DNA of 47,260 nucleotides from an uncultured bacterium (lineage in GTDB: Bacteria; Patescibacteriota; Minisyncoccia; Phycocordibacterales; PALSA-1337): assembly GCA_903864905.1 (NCBI GenBank), contig CAIPHR010000052.1, positions 1 to 47,260 on the forward strand, written 5' to 3'. Made by a program: the position numbers and the translations under genes. Positions within the stretch are counted from its first letter, which is position 1; every line of letters begins with the position of its first letter. The notes under the pieces were generated by a model. That model was not told the DNA's origin. It was given only the letters and a program-made list of their open reading frames with translations, and did no database searches. Positions 37,772-46,751 of this stretch are shown one piece after another.

Positions 37772-39445
37772 TCAATCCTCAAGAGAAATTACTCTTTGTA
37801 ATTCGGATAAAGATGTCATACCTTTCAATATTTTGATAATACCATCTTGTTTCATTGTTAGTATTCCTTGATCTTTCGCTGCGCTCCATATTTCACGTTC
37901 ACTAGGGTTGCTTTCAACAGCATCCTCGACTTTTTGATTGGTTAAGATCGCTTCATACACACCTATTCTGCCTTTGTAACCTGTCATATTGCATTTCTCA
38001 CAACCAGCAGCAACCCACATTTTTGACCTATCTACAGGGATCAATGATTTGTCTTCTATACTAGCTATAACTGTTTCTATCTCTTTCTGGGATTCTCCTT
38101 CAACAGGACTTTCTTTTTTACAAACATTACACAATCTTCTGGTTAGTCTTTGTGCCATAGCTACACGAAGTGCGGAAGTTATAACTTTTGAGTTTACACC
38201 GAGATCGATAAGACGGGGGAATGTACCTGCTGCATCATTGGTATGGAGTGTGGAAAAAACTAGGTGACCAGTCAAAGCAGAATTGATAGCTATATCAGCT
38301 GTCTCATTGTCTCGGATTTCACCGACCATGATGATGTCAGGGTCTTGTCTAACTGCAGCTCTCAATCCTTCAAGGAAGTTATAGCCTTTGTCATTGACTT
38401 GTGTCTGAACTATACCTGGTAGGTGGTATTCTATAGGGTCTTCTATGGTAATTATCTTTACTTGTGTATTGTGTATCTTTTTCAAGAAGGCATATAGTGT
38501 GGTTGTTTTACCTGAACCAGTTGGACCTGTAGTTAGGATCATTCCATCTGGTCTGTCCATCTCTTTTATAAGTATGGCTAGTAGTTTTTCGTGAATACCG
38601 AGTTCTTCTAGTGATACATTGATGGATTTTGGATTCAAAATACGCATAACTACAGACTCATTATAGGCTCCTGGTAATATAGATACACGAACTTCTATAT
38701 CACCAATAGATAGTCGTATACTGAATCTTCCGTCTTGGGAATCTTTCTTTATATTGAGTTTCATTCCAGAGATCAATTTTATACGTGATAGAAGTAGATT
38801 GTATGTTTCATTATCAAATCGTGTTACTTCTTGGAGTACACCATCGAGACGGTATCTGAGCTGTACGTACTTTTCTTCTGGCTCTAGGTGTATATCTGAA
38901 GCATCTATAGCCAATGATCCAGCAACGATCGTTTCCAATATTCTAGATACTCTGTAACTCTTATTTCCTGACATAGTTGTTTCTAGGATTTTGATCACCA
39001 AAGGTAAACTTTTTGCTTGTTCTATAATAGAAGATATCTCTTCGCTAGATATTTCTAGTGATCCAACTTTACTCTCATAAGCGAAAGACATGTCTTTGTA
39101 TGTTTTCCATGCTTTCTCTAGACTTAATGTAGAACAAATATAGAGTTCTGGAATATAGCCTTTTGTTTTCAATGTTTCCAATACCGCAAGTACTTTCTCA
39201 TCTTGTGGGTTTCTAGTTGCGACTTTGATCTTCTTGTCTATAAGAGCGTAACCAGCTATTTGTGTGTCTCTAGCTATCTTTTCGTCTACAAGTCTCAATG
39301 CGTCTGAGCTTACTGGGGTTGCTTGCAGGTTCACGTATTCAACAGAATATTTTCCTGCCAGCATTTGTACCAGCTCCTCCTCTTCTTTGTGTAGAAGTTC
39401 GATTATCTTTCTATTTTGTTTGTCTTCATCAAATACTAGTGTCAT
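37772..39445 (-). CDS. GspE/PilB type IV pilus assembly ATPase (start at 39445 or 39451)
   Basis: ASDIHLEP, QDGRF, GPTGSGKTTTLY, TIEDPIEY, RQDPD..GEIRD, TGHLVFSTLHTN, CxxC pairs. Confidence 0.92.
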   Translation of the reverse strand: MTLVFDEDKQNRKIIELLHKEEEELVQMLAGKYSVEYVNLQATPVSSDALRLVDEKIARDTQIAGYALIDKKIKVATRNPQDEKVLAVLETLKTKGYIPELYICSTLSLEKAWKTYKDMSFAYESKVGSLEISSEEISSIIEQAKSLPLVIKILETTMSGNKSYRVSRILETIVAGSLAIDASDIHLEPEEKYVQLRYRLDGVLQEVTRFDNETYNLLLSRIKLISGMKLNIKKDSQDGRFSIRLSIGDIEVRVSILPGAYNESVVMRILNPKSINVSLEELGIHEKLLAILIKEMDRPDGMILTTGPTGSGKTTTLYAFLKKIHNTQVKIITIEDPIEYHLPGIVQTQVNDKGYNFLEGLRAAVRQDPDIIMVGEIRDNETADIAINSALTGHLVFSTLHTNDAAGTFPRLIDLGVNSKVITSALRVAMAQRLTRRLCNVCKKESPVEGESQKEIETVIASIEDKSLIPVDRSKMWVAAGCEKCNMTGYKGRIGVYEAILTNQKVEDAVESNPSEREIWSAAKDQGILTMKQDGIIKILKGMTSLSELQRVISLED

Positions 39446-39484
39446 AGACATAGTATATCAGTAAGTGAAATACTTTTCACTTAC

Positions 39485-39607
39485 AATACCTTGAAATATC
39501 CTGCAACAATTTTGGGACACAGATATTTCCTTGCTAGGAAATTCCTAGTGCTCGCGTCAGACACGCTCGCAAGTCCACAAAATTGTTGCAGGATATTTCA
39601 AGGTATT
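39485..39607. repeat. Perfect 30-bp inverted repeat element with branched interior
   Basis: AATACCTTGAAATATCCTGCAACAATTTTG (39485-39514) and its exact reverse complement (39578-39607). Confidence 0.92.
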
Positions 39608-39687
39608 ATAATTATAGAAAGCTCTCAGTCATAATTTAGTGATCTGTGGAAATGAAAAGTACGTTGCTTTCTGATATAGTGATCTAA

Positions 39688-40194
39688 ATGAAAAATTACT
39701 CATCCAGTTCACTCGAACAAACTAGAGAGATTGCCAAACAGTGGTTATCTACACTTGTAGCTACAAATGAAGTCACTAGTGAGTCAGACATAACCGAATC
39801 GAAAGGTGCCACTATTGTTGGTCTTTCTGGCCACCTAGGAGCAGGGAAGACTGCTTTTGTGAAGATGGTTGCAAGGTGGCTTGGTATCAAGGATGAGATA
39901 ACTAGTCCTACTTATGTGATCATGAAGATCTATGATCTAGATTCAAATATTTATAATCAAATATTGCAAGCTATTCCAAATCCATGGAAGAGGCTTATTC
40001 ATATAGATGCATACCGGTTGGAAAGATATGAGGAATTAGAAGTCTTAAACTGGGAACAGCTCGTTAGAGATCCAGGTAATCTAATAATGGTTGAATGGCC
40101 AGAAAATGCCGAGATTGATAAAAACAAAAACCCCAACATGATTCAGTTGGAGTTTAAGATTGTTGGAGATAAGTATTGTTTGGCTGAGTGTTAG
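39688..40194 (+). CDS. tsaE: tRNA threonylcarbamoyladenosine biosynthesis ATPase TsaE
   Basis: LSGHLGAGKT, ITSPTYVI, HIDAYRL, VEWPE. Confidence 0.93.
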   Translation: MKNYSSSSLEQTREIAKQWLSTLVATNEVTSESDITESKGATIVGLSGHLGAGKTAFVKMVARWLGIKDEITSPTYVIMKIYDLDSNIYNQILQAIPNPWKRLIHIDAYRLERYEELEVLNWEQLVRDPGNLIMVEWPENAEIDKNKNPNMIQLEFKIVGDKYCLAEC

Positions 40195-40201
40195 TTGTTA
40201 A

Positions 40202-40810
40202 TTATTCAACAACGGCCGTAAGAACATCACATACAGCTGTTACATTACCTGGCGTCGATGGAAGAAATGCTATACCAGTCATTACTTGTCCTTCTGGGCA
40301 GGTATATTTCTTTGGTGCGACTTTGTGTGTTGCTTCTGCAGTTACAGTTACTGTTGGTGTTGCTGATGGCGGCGTAGATCCACCAGAACTACTAGGTGTT
40401 CCCCATGATATGTTTCCACTTGCATCAGCCATCTGTAGGTATTTTCCAACATTACTACTAGCACCACTTGTTATTTTTACTGGACCACTCAATATTGTAG
40501 CACCAGAAACTGTGAGACTTCCAGGAGTACCAGTAACATTGATACTAGCTGTTGAAAGGGCATTGATAACCGCGCTGCCAAAAACATCAAATATTGTTGT
40601 TCCACCAGGCATTGTTCCATTACCTATACCTAGAGCACCAACCTTCTTTTGACTTGTTGCACCAACGTTTATAGGAGCATCAACATTGTTACCTGGTGCT
40701 GAACCGGCTGGTGCAGTCCAAGTAGAAGTTGCAAATACAGATAGAGCAAAACCTCCTAGAGCTAGTCCAGTTATTGCTGCAATGCGACTTATTACTGATG
40801 TTTTATTCAT
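40202..40810 (-). CDS. Hypothetical secreted surface protein
   Basis: Signal peptide, WTAP..APGNNVDAPINVG motif, Gly/Thr-rich, C-terminal CPEGQVMTG..C. Confidence 0.7.
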   Translation of the reverse strand: MNKTSVISRIAAITGLALGGFALSVFATSTWTAPAGSAPGNNVDAPINVGATSQKKVGALGIGNGTMPGGTTIFDVFGSAVINALSTASINVTGTPGSLTVSGATILSGPVKITSGASSNVGKYLQMADASGNISWGTPSSSGGSTPPSATPTVTVTAEATHKVAPKKYTCPEGQVMTGIAFLPSTPGNVTAVCDVLTAVVE

Positions 40811-40837
40811 ATTATTAATTTAATTGTTAATATTTTA

Positions 40838-41203
40838 TTAAATTTCTGAAGCACGTGGTACGATAAGCTGTTTCTTGATAGCGGTTTCTTCTCCAGAACT
40901 TGCTGTTTGAGTTCTTTGGTTTGTAAGTTGGCTATTGATAGCATTGAGTTCAGAACCAGTAGGCTGTTCCATGACCTGATTTAGTTGTTTCTGTATTGCA
41001 GCCTTACTCTGTGCCTCGAGTTCTGCATCTGTAGGACCTCCAAGTCTAACTGTTGTAGGTACGAATGAATTCCATGAAATAGCAGCTAGAATCATAATAA
41101 TAATCGCTATTATAACAAATAGCACGGCTAGATGACCTTGTTTATGCTTTGGTAATAGTTGACCAGGCATAATCTGTTTTGAATAAAAATTATCTTCTTC
41201 CAT
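40838..41203 (-). CDS. Hypothetical single-TM protein
   Basis: 121-aa ORF with one strong TM segment. Confidence 0.65.
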   Translation of the reverse strand: MEEDNFYSKQIMPGQLLPKHKQGHLAVLFVIIAIIIMILAAISWNSFVPTTVRLGGPTDAELEAQSKAAIQKQLNQVMEQPTGSELNAINSQLTNQRTQTASSGEETAIKKQLIVPRASEI

Positions 41204-41279
41204 AGCTCAGTCAATTATAACACCAGAACAAGTGAAACATTTAAAATGTCTGTGGATAACATGTTACAATATTGAATAT

Positions 41280-43865
41280 ATGATAAAAAAAATATATGAT
41301 AAAAAGAAACGTCTAGTATTGCTCGATTCCCATGCTATCCTGCATCGCGCTTACCACGCTCTACCGGATTTTTCTACAGCGAAAGGTGAGCCGACTGGTG
41401 CATTATATGGTCTTTCTGCAATGCTCATCAAGATTATAGAGGATTTGAGGCCTGATTATATCGTTGCTTGTTACGATATGGCTGCGCCGACGTATCGTCA
41501 TGAGGCTTATAAAGAGTATAAAGCTGGTAGGGCAAAGACTGAAGATGATCTCATTATGCAGATCAAGAGGTCATATGATGTGTATCATGCATTGAATATC
41601 CCAATTTATGAAAAGGAAGGTTTCGAGGCTGATGATATGTTGGGGACTATTGTAGAGCAATTGGTAAACCCTTTTGGTGGGAGTAGCTTCTCTTCTCAAA
41701 CCCAGCAAGGGGGAATCGAAGAGAACCTCTCCACACAAGCGGGTTTAATAAAGGTTGATTTGTCCGCCGTACATATTGAGATCATCATCGCCTCTGGAGA
41801 TATGGACACATTACAACTTGTAAAAGGTGAAGATGTGAAGGTGTATACACTGAAGAAGGGAATAAAAGACACCATCATTTATGATGAGAAAGCAGTTATG
41901 GATAGATTTGGTTTCGGGCCATTATTGATCCCTGATTACAAAGGTCTACGTGGTGATCCTTCTGATAACATTGTTGGTGTGAAGGGTATAGGAGAAAAAA
42001 CTGCGACAATACTCATCACTACATTTGGAACAATTGAAAATATTTATAAAGAACTAGAAGCTGGTAATGAAAAGAAATTCAAAGATGCTGGTATAACTCC
42101 TAGAATTATTCAATTATTAAAGGATAATAAAGAAGAGGCTGAGTTTAGTAAGATGTTAGCTACGATACGTAGAGATGCTCCAATCCAGTTTGAATTACCT
42201 GAAAAGACTTTCAAGGAAGGGTTAGATGTTAAAAAAGCCAATGCTTTATGGATGGAACTAGAGTTTAGGACTTTGACACAGAGATTGGAGAAGGTTATTT
42301 TAAATTCAGTTACCCGTCCTTTTGGGGGGAGTAGCTTCTCTTATGAAACCCCGCAAGGAGGAATCGAAGAGAACCTCTCCCCCCAAGTGGACGGAAAAGG
42401 TATTGATGAAGAGAAAAATACAAACGTAGAAATACCATCCAATCAAACTGCACTTTTCCAAGCAATTCCAAAGGATGAATTGGAAAGAACAGCAGTTGCT
42501 CTATGGCTTATCAATTCAGATATAACAAACCCAAAAATTGATGATATTTTGAATTATGCCAACGTTCAGGACTTTGAGTCTGCAAAGAAAAAGATTTTTG
42601 AAGATCTGGGCAAATTGGGCTTGCAGAATCTATATGAGAATGTCGAATTGCCATTGATACCTATTATGCACAAAATGAAAGAAAGAGGGGTAAGGATAGA
42701 TCGTGCGATTTTGCAGAACCTATCAAAAGAGTATCATGCAACACTATCATCTCTCGAAGAAAAAATTTGGAAGGATGCTGGTATGGAGTTCAATATCAAC
42801 TCTCCAAAACAATTGGGAGAAGTCCTTTTCGATAAGCTTGGTTTGGTGGCTAAAAACATGAAGAAAACTGCTGGTGGAGCGAGATCAACACGCGAATCAG
42901 AACTTGAAAAGTTGAAGGACCTACACCCAATAGTTCCAAATATATTCGAATATAGAGAATTACAAAAATTACTTTCAACATATATAGATGCTATACCACC
43001 ACTATTGGGAGATGATGGAAGATTGCATGCTGAGTTTATACCAGCTGGGACTACTACTGGTCGTATGGCTTCACAGAATCCAAACCTGCAAAATATTCCT
43101 GTAAAAAGTGAGCATGGAAAAGCAATTCGCGATGCTTTCATAGCCGAAAATGGTTTTGTATTAGGGGCTTTCGATTATTCACAAATGGAATTACGTATAG
43201 CAGCGTTTCTATCTAAAGATCAGAAGCTTATAGGTATATTCAATAGGGGAGAAGATATACACTCTTCTGTTGCTTCATTCGTTTTCAGAGTACCACAAGA
43301 CAAAGTAACACCAGATATGCGTCGCAAAGCAAAAGTTATAAATTTTGGCATTATGTATGGAATGGGAGTTTTGGCTTTGAAACAAAATTTGGGTAGTACT
43401 AGAGAGGAAGCACAGACATATCTAAATCAGTATTTTGAAACCTTCTCTGGTCTCGCAGCATATTTAGATAGGATCAAAATAGAAACTGCACAAAAAGGAT
43501 ATACTGAGACACATTTTGGAAGGAGAAGATATTTTCAGGGTATAAAATCCAAGATCCCATACATTCGTGCATCTGCAGAACGCATGGCTATCAATGCTCC
43601 TATACAAGGCACAGAAGCAGATATAATCAAGGTTGCTATATCTAGGATTGATGAGTATATTGAGAAACAAGGATTGAGAAATGACGTATTCCTGCTTCTT
43701 CAGGTTCATGATGAACTAGTATATGAAATGCGTAATAATATTGCAGGGCAGGTTTCTGTAGAAATAAAAAAGATCATGGAAGGGGTGATAGATCCTAAGG
43801 ATATTGAAGGAATAGTTTTGAAGGCTGAGTTTGCTATCGGTAAAAATTGGGGGGAACTTAAATGA
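41280..43865 (+). CDS. polA: DNA polymerase I (5'-3' exonuclease plus polymerase; 3'-5' exonuclease domain appears reduced)
   Basis: RAYHAL, EADD, GDPSDNI.GVKGIGEKTA, TTTGRMASQNPNLQNIP, DYSQMELR, NAPIQGTEAD, QVHDEL. Confidence 0.96.
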   Translation: MIKKIYDKKKRLVLLDSHAILHRAYHALPDFSTAKGEPTGALYGLSAMLIKIIEDLRPDYIVACYDMAAPTYRHEAYKEYKAGRAKTEDDLIMQIKRSYDVYHALNIPIYEKEGFEADDMLGTIVEQLVNPFGGSSFSSQTQQGGIEENLSTQAGLIKVDLSAVHIEIIIASGDMDTLQLVKGEDVKVYTLKKGIKDTIIYDEKAVMDRFGFGPLLIPDYKGLRGDPSDNIVGVKGIGEKTATILITTFGTIENIYKELEAGNEKKFKDAGITPRIIQLLKDNKEEAEFSKMLATIRRDAPIQFELPEKTFKEGLDVKKANALWMELEFRTLTQRLEKVILNSVTRPFGGSSFSYETPQGGIEENLSPQVDGKGIDEEKNTNVEIPSNQTALFQAIPKDELERTAVALWLINSDITNPKIDDILNYANVQDFESAKKKIFEDLGKLGLQNLYENVELPLIPIMHKMKERGVRIDRAILQNLSKEYHATLSSLEEKIWKDAGMEFNINSPKQLGEVLFDKLGLVAKNMKKTAGGARSTRESELEKLKDLHPIVPNIFEYRELQKLLSTYIDAIPPLLGDDGRLHAEFIPAGTTTGRMASQNPNLQNIPVKSEHGKAIRDAFIAENGFVLGAFDYSQMELRIAAFLSKDQKLIGIFNRGEDIHSSVASFVFRVPQDKVTPDMRRKAKVINFGIMYGMGVLALKQNLGSTREEAQTYLNQYFETFSGLAAYLDRIKIETAQKGYTETHFGRRRYFQGIKSKIPYIRASAERMAINAPIQGTEADIIKVAISRIDEYIEKQGLRNDVFLLLQVHDELVYEMRNNIAGQVSVEIKKIMEGVIDPKDIEGIVLKAEFAIGKNWGELK
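41666..41746 (+). repeat. 81-bp palindromic element in frame in polA, copy 1
   Basis: Terminal AAACCC/GGGTTT stem; 69-nt core 61/69 identical to copy 2; encodes NPFGGSSFSSQTQQGGIEENLSTQAG. Confidence 0.9.
42314..42394 (+). repeat. 81-bp palindromic element in frame in polA, copy 2
   Basis: Terminal CCGTCC/GGACGG stem; encodes RPFGGSSFSYETPQGGIEENLSPQVD. Confidence 0.9.
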
Positions 43866-43901
43866 TGATAAACAGGTTAGATAATATTAATTACAAAGAC
43901 A

Positions 43902-44576
43902 ATGCTGTATGTATTCCATGGTTCAGATATAAATAGATCTATAGAAAAAGCTCATAAACTTATTGATTCTTTGCTTGCAAAGAGGCCTGATGCATCATAT
44001 GTACAGATCAATTCTGATAGCTGGAGTATTCCTTTGGTAGAGAGTCATCTTGGTGGGCAGGGTTTGTTCTCAAATAAGTATATAGTTTTTTTGGATAGAG
44101 TAAGTGAAAGTGTTGAAGCAAAGGAACATATGGCGGATCTAGTTTCTCCAATGAATGAATCAGGTAATATATTTGTTTCATTGGAAGGTTTGTTGAATGT
44201 TGAAATAAAGAAAATTTTTGATAAGGGAGCGGAGAAGGTGGTAGTAACAGAGCTATTAATAAAGAAAGCAGCTAATGGAAATGGGGAATACAATATATTT
44301 GCTTTGTCTGATGCTCTGAGTAGTCGCAATAGGGCAGTTTCTTGGACTATATATAGACAAGCAGTTGATCGTGGTATGAGCTCGGAGAGTATACTCGGTA
44401 CATTATTTTGGAAAGTTAAGACTATGATACTTGCTAGTAATGAAAAGGGATCTGGTAAATATTCAAAGAATGAGCTTCAGAGTTTATTGACCAATATAAT
44501 CGTCTTGTATCATGATGGACATAGAGGGTTAGTTGATATGGAATTGGGTATAGAAAAGCTTTTGCTAGAGTTGTAG
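43902..44576 (+). CDS. holA: DNA polymerase III delta subunit, short form
   Basis: MLYVFHGSD, GLFSNKYIV, NIFALSDAL..R, LEKLLL-like C-terminus (IEKLLL). Confidence 0.7.
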   Translation: MLYVFHGSDINRSIEKAHKLIDSLLAKRPDASYVQINSDSWSIPLVESHLGGQGLFSNKYIVFLDRVSESVEAKEHMADLVSPMNESGNIFVSLEGLLNVEIKKIFDKGAEKVVVTELLIKKAANGNGEYNIFALSDALSSRNRAVSWTIYRQAVDRGMSSESILGTLFWKVKTMILASNEKGSGKYSKNELQSLLTNIIVLYHDGHRGLVDMELGIEKLLLEL

Positions 44577-44596
44577 TTTCGTGTTAAGGTTTCATT

Positions 44597-44648
44597 TATG
44601 CGCCCATAGCTGTTGTGGTAGGCTCGACCAAGCCTATATGGGCACATA
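44597..44648 (+). pseudogene. tRNA-Lys-derived remnant / minihelix
   Basis: 44597-44621 matches 44670-44694 at 22/25 nt; closed by TATGGGCACATA. Confidence 0.6.
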
Positions 44649-44672
44649 GTAAGTTTGAAAAGTTAATAATAT

Positions 44673-44745
44673 GCGCCCATAGCTCAGGTGGTAGAGCAAC
44701 TCCCTTTTAAGGAGTGGGTCGTTGGTTCGAATCCAACTGGGCGCA
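44673..44745 (+). tRNA. tRNA-Lys(UUU), CCA not encoded
   Basis: Acceptor GCGCCCA/TGGGCGC, anticodon arm ACTCC-CTTTTAA-GGAGT, T-loop GTTCGAAT. Confidence 0.96.
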
Positions 44746-44861
44746 CTACTACGCTTTGGCTTCGCTCAAGCTACGAAGTGCAGGCACATTGGTGGAGAGT
44801 CTAGTTATTCGAACGTAGCTGGGATCATAATTTATCTGTATAATTAAAGTTGTTAAATTTA

Positions 44862-46658
44862 ATGAAAGATGAAACTATAAAAACTGAAAAAATAACAAGA
44901 GATAATCTATATACTGGTTTCAAAGTTCTTATGAGATATCTTTCGAGATATCGCAAAGATATAACCATTTTAAGTATTATTGGCATCTTGTCGGCAGTAG
45001 GTAATGGTGTAATTCCATATATAGCTGGTAAATTTTTTGATTCGATAATAACTCCCAGTTCAATAACAATTTTAAATATCATTTTTCCGCTCTACGTGGC
45101 GTTACTTATTCTCTGGACTATCATACAACTTACGACTTATATATTTGATTGGCGCATTCAAATAAAAAGTGAGGTTCTAGGCGAATACATTTGGATGGAT
45201 TATATGTCAAATGGATTTGGATTCCTTTTGAATTTACCTGTATCTTTTCATAAAAGAAATAAAATTGGGGAAATCGGTCAAAAAATAAATAATGCAGCCG
45301 GGTCGCTTGAAAGGATTGCTAGTAGAACTGTAATTGACCAAACTCCGCAGATTTTGAGCATCATTATTGCTCTAGTGGTCGCATTCATCCTTAAGCCACT
45401 TTTGGCTATGTTTCTGGTTGTCGGGCTTGCTACATATCTATATATTCTATACAAAAATACCAAACCATTAGGTGGATACCAAAAAGAATATTTTGATAAA
45501 GTAAATCAATTTTATGGCGATGCATACGATATGATTGGCAATACAATAGCGGTAAAGCAAGCTACGGCAGAGGAATATGAGCGAGAAAAATTAAACAAGC
45601 AGACAAAAGAAATGCTACCGATATGGGCGAAACAGATAAAAGTCTGGGCAGAGTTAAGTATGTACCAGCGGATTACCATTCTTTGCACACAAATTTTGAT
45701 CTTCATTGTTTCTATATATTATATTCATCTCGGAGTAATGACTTTAGGAGAATTGCTTGCGCTCAACGCTTATGCCGCAATGATCTTTGGTCCATTTATA
45801 GCAATTGCTAGAAATTGGCAGACAATTCAAAATGGAATAATTAGCATTCAAGAGACTGAAAAGATTCTGGCTTTAGATATTGAAAATTACGAACCAAAAC
45901 ATTCAAAAGAATTCGAGGTTCGTGGTGATATTTCGTTCAGTAATGTCTCATTTCAATACGATGAAGGTAAGCCGGTATTATCAGACATTTCATTCTCTGT
46001 TAAAGTCGGGGAAGTCATCGCTCTTGTCGGTGAATCTGGAGTTGGTAAAAGTACACTTATAGATCTAGTCTCGGCATATCATTTTCCTACACAAGGAAAG
46101 GTTACGATTGATGATCACCCGATAGAATCGTTGAACTTGAGGTCACTCCGATCTCAAATCGCCGTTGTACCACAGGAAGTCGTACTTTTCAATGATACAA
46201 TCAATACAAACATCAAGTATGGAAATTTCCACGCTACAGATGAACAAATGGAAAATGCGGCAAAGAAAGCCTACGCCCATGATTTTATTGAGAAATTTCC
46301 AAACAAATGGGAACAGCTTGTTGGCGAGCGTGGTATCAAATTATCCGTAGGACAGAAACAGCGCATTGCAATAGCTCGGGCAATCCTGCGAAATCCACGC
46401 ATTCTAATTCTGGATGAGCCAACTGCCGCTCTTGACGCCGGTTCTGAAAAAATTATCTCAGATTCTCTAGATGAGCTAATGAAAGGTAAGACCACATTTA
46501 TTATTGCCCACCGTTTGAGCACTGTTCGTAGAGCCGATAAAATATTGGTTTTCAAAGAAGGACGACTTATTGAGTCAGGTAAGCATGAGGAACTGATAAC
46601 TAGAGAAGATGGGGAGTATAGGCGATTATACGAGCTTCAAATTGGTTTACATGGATAA
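44862..46658 (+). CDS. ABC transporter, fused permease/ATPase (MsbA/MdlB-like exporter)
   Basis: N-terminal multi-TM domain; GESGVGKST, LSVGQKQRIAIAR, ILDEPT, IAHRLST. Confidence 0.92.
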   Translation: MKDETIKTEKITRDNLYTGFKVLMRYLSRYRKDITILSIIGILSAVGNGVIPYIAGKFFDSIITPSSITILNIIFPLYVALLILWTIIQLTTYIFDWRIQIKSEVLGEYIWMDYMSNGFGFLLNLPVSFHKRNKIGEIGQKINNAAGSLERIASRTVIDQTPQILSIIIALVVAFILKPLLAMFLVVGLATYLYILYKNTKPLGGYQKEYFDKVNQFYGDAYDMIGNTIAVKQATAEEYEREKLNKQTKEMLPIWAKQIKVWAELSMYQRITILCTQILIFIVSIYYIHLGVMTLGELLALNAYAAMIFGPFIAIARNWQTIQNGIISIQETEKILALDIENYEPKHSKEFEVRGDISFSNVSFQYDEGKPVLSDISFSVKVGEVIALVGESGVGKSTLIDLVSAYHFPTQGKVTIDDHPIESLNLRSLRSQIAVVPQEVVLFNDTINTNIKYGNFHATDEQMENAAKKAYAHDFIEKFPNKWEQLVGERGIKLSVGQKQRIAIARAILRNPRILILDEPTAALDAGSEKIISDSLDELMKGKTTFIIAHRLSTVRRADKILVFKEGRLIESGKHEELITREDGEYRRLYELQIGLHG

Positions 46659-46751
46659 GAAGCTATTATAAGACCCATTAATTCCTTTCTAATATCGTCC
46701 CACAGCGCGCACTATTTATATGGTTGCGGAAATGTTATATAATATAAACAT

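Noticed and set aside
632..46555. Numerous antisense and overlapping ORFs in the six-frame track
   Set aside because: They are shadows of well-supported genes, typically Ser/Ile/Phe-rich, with no recognisable motifs.
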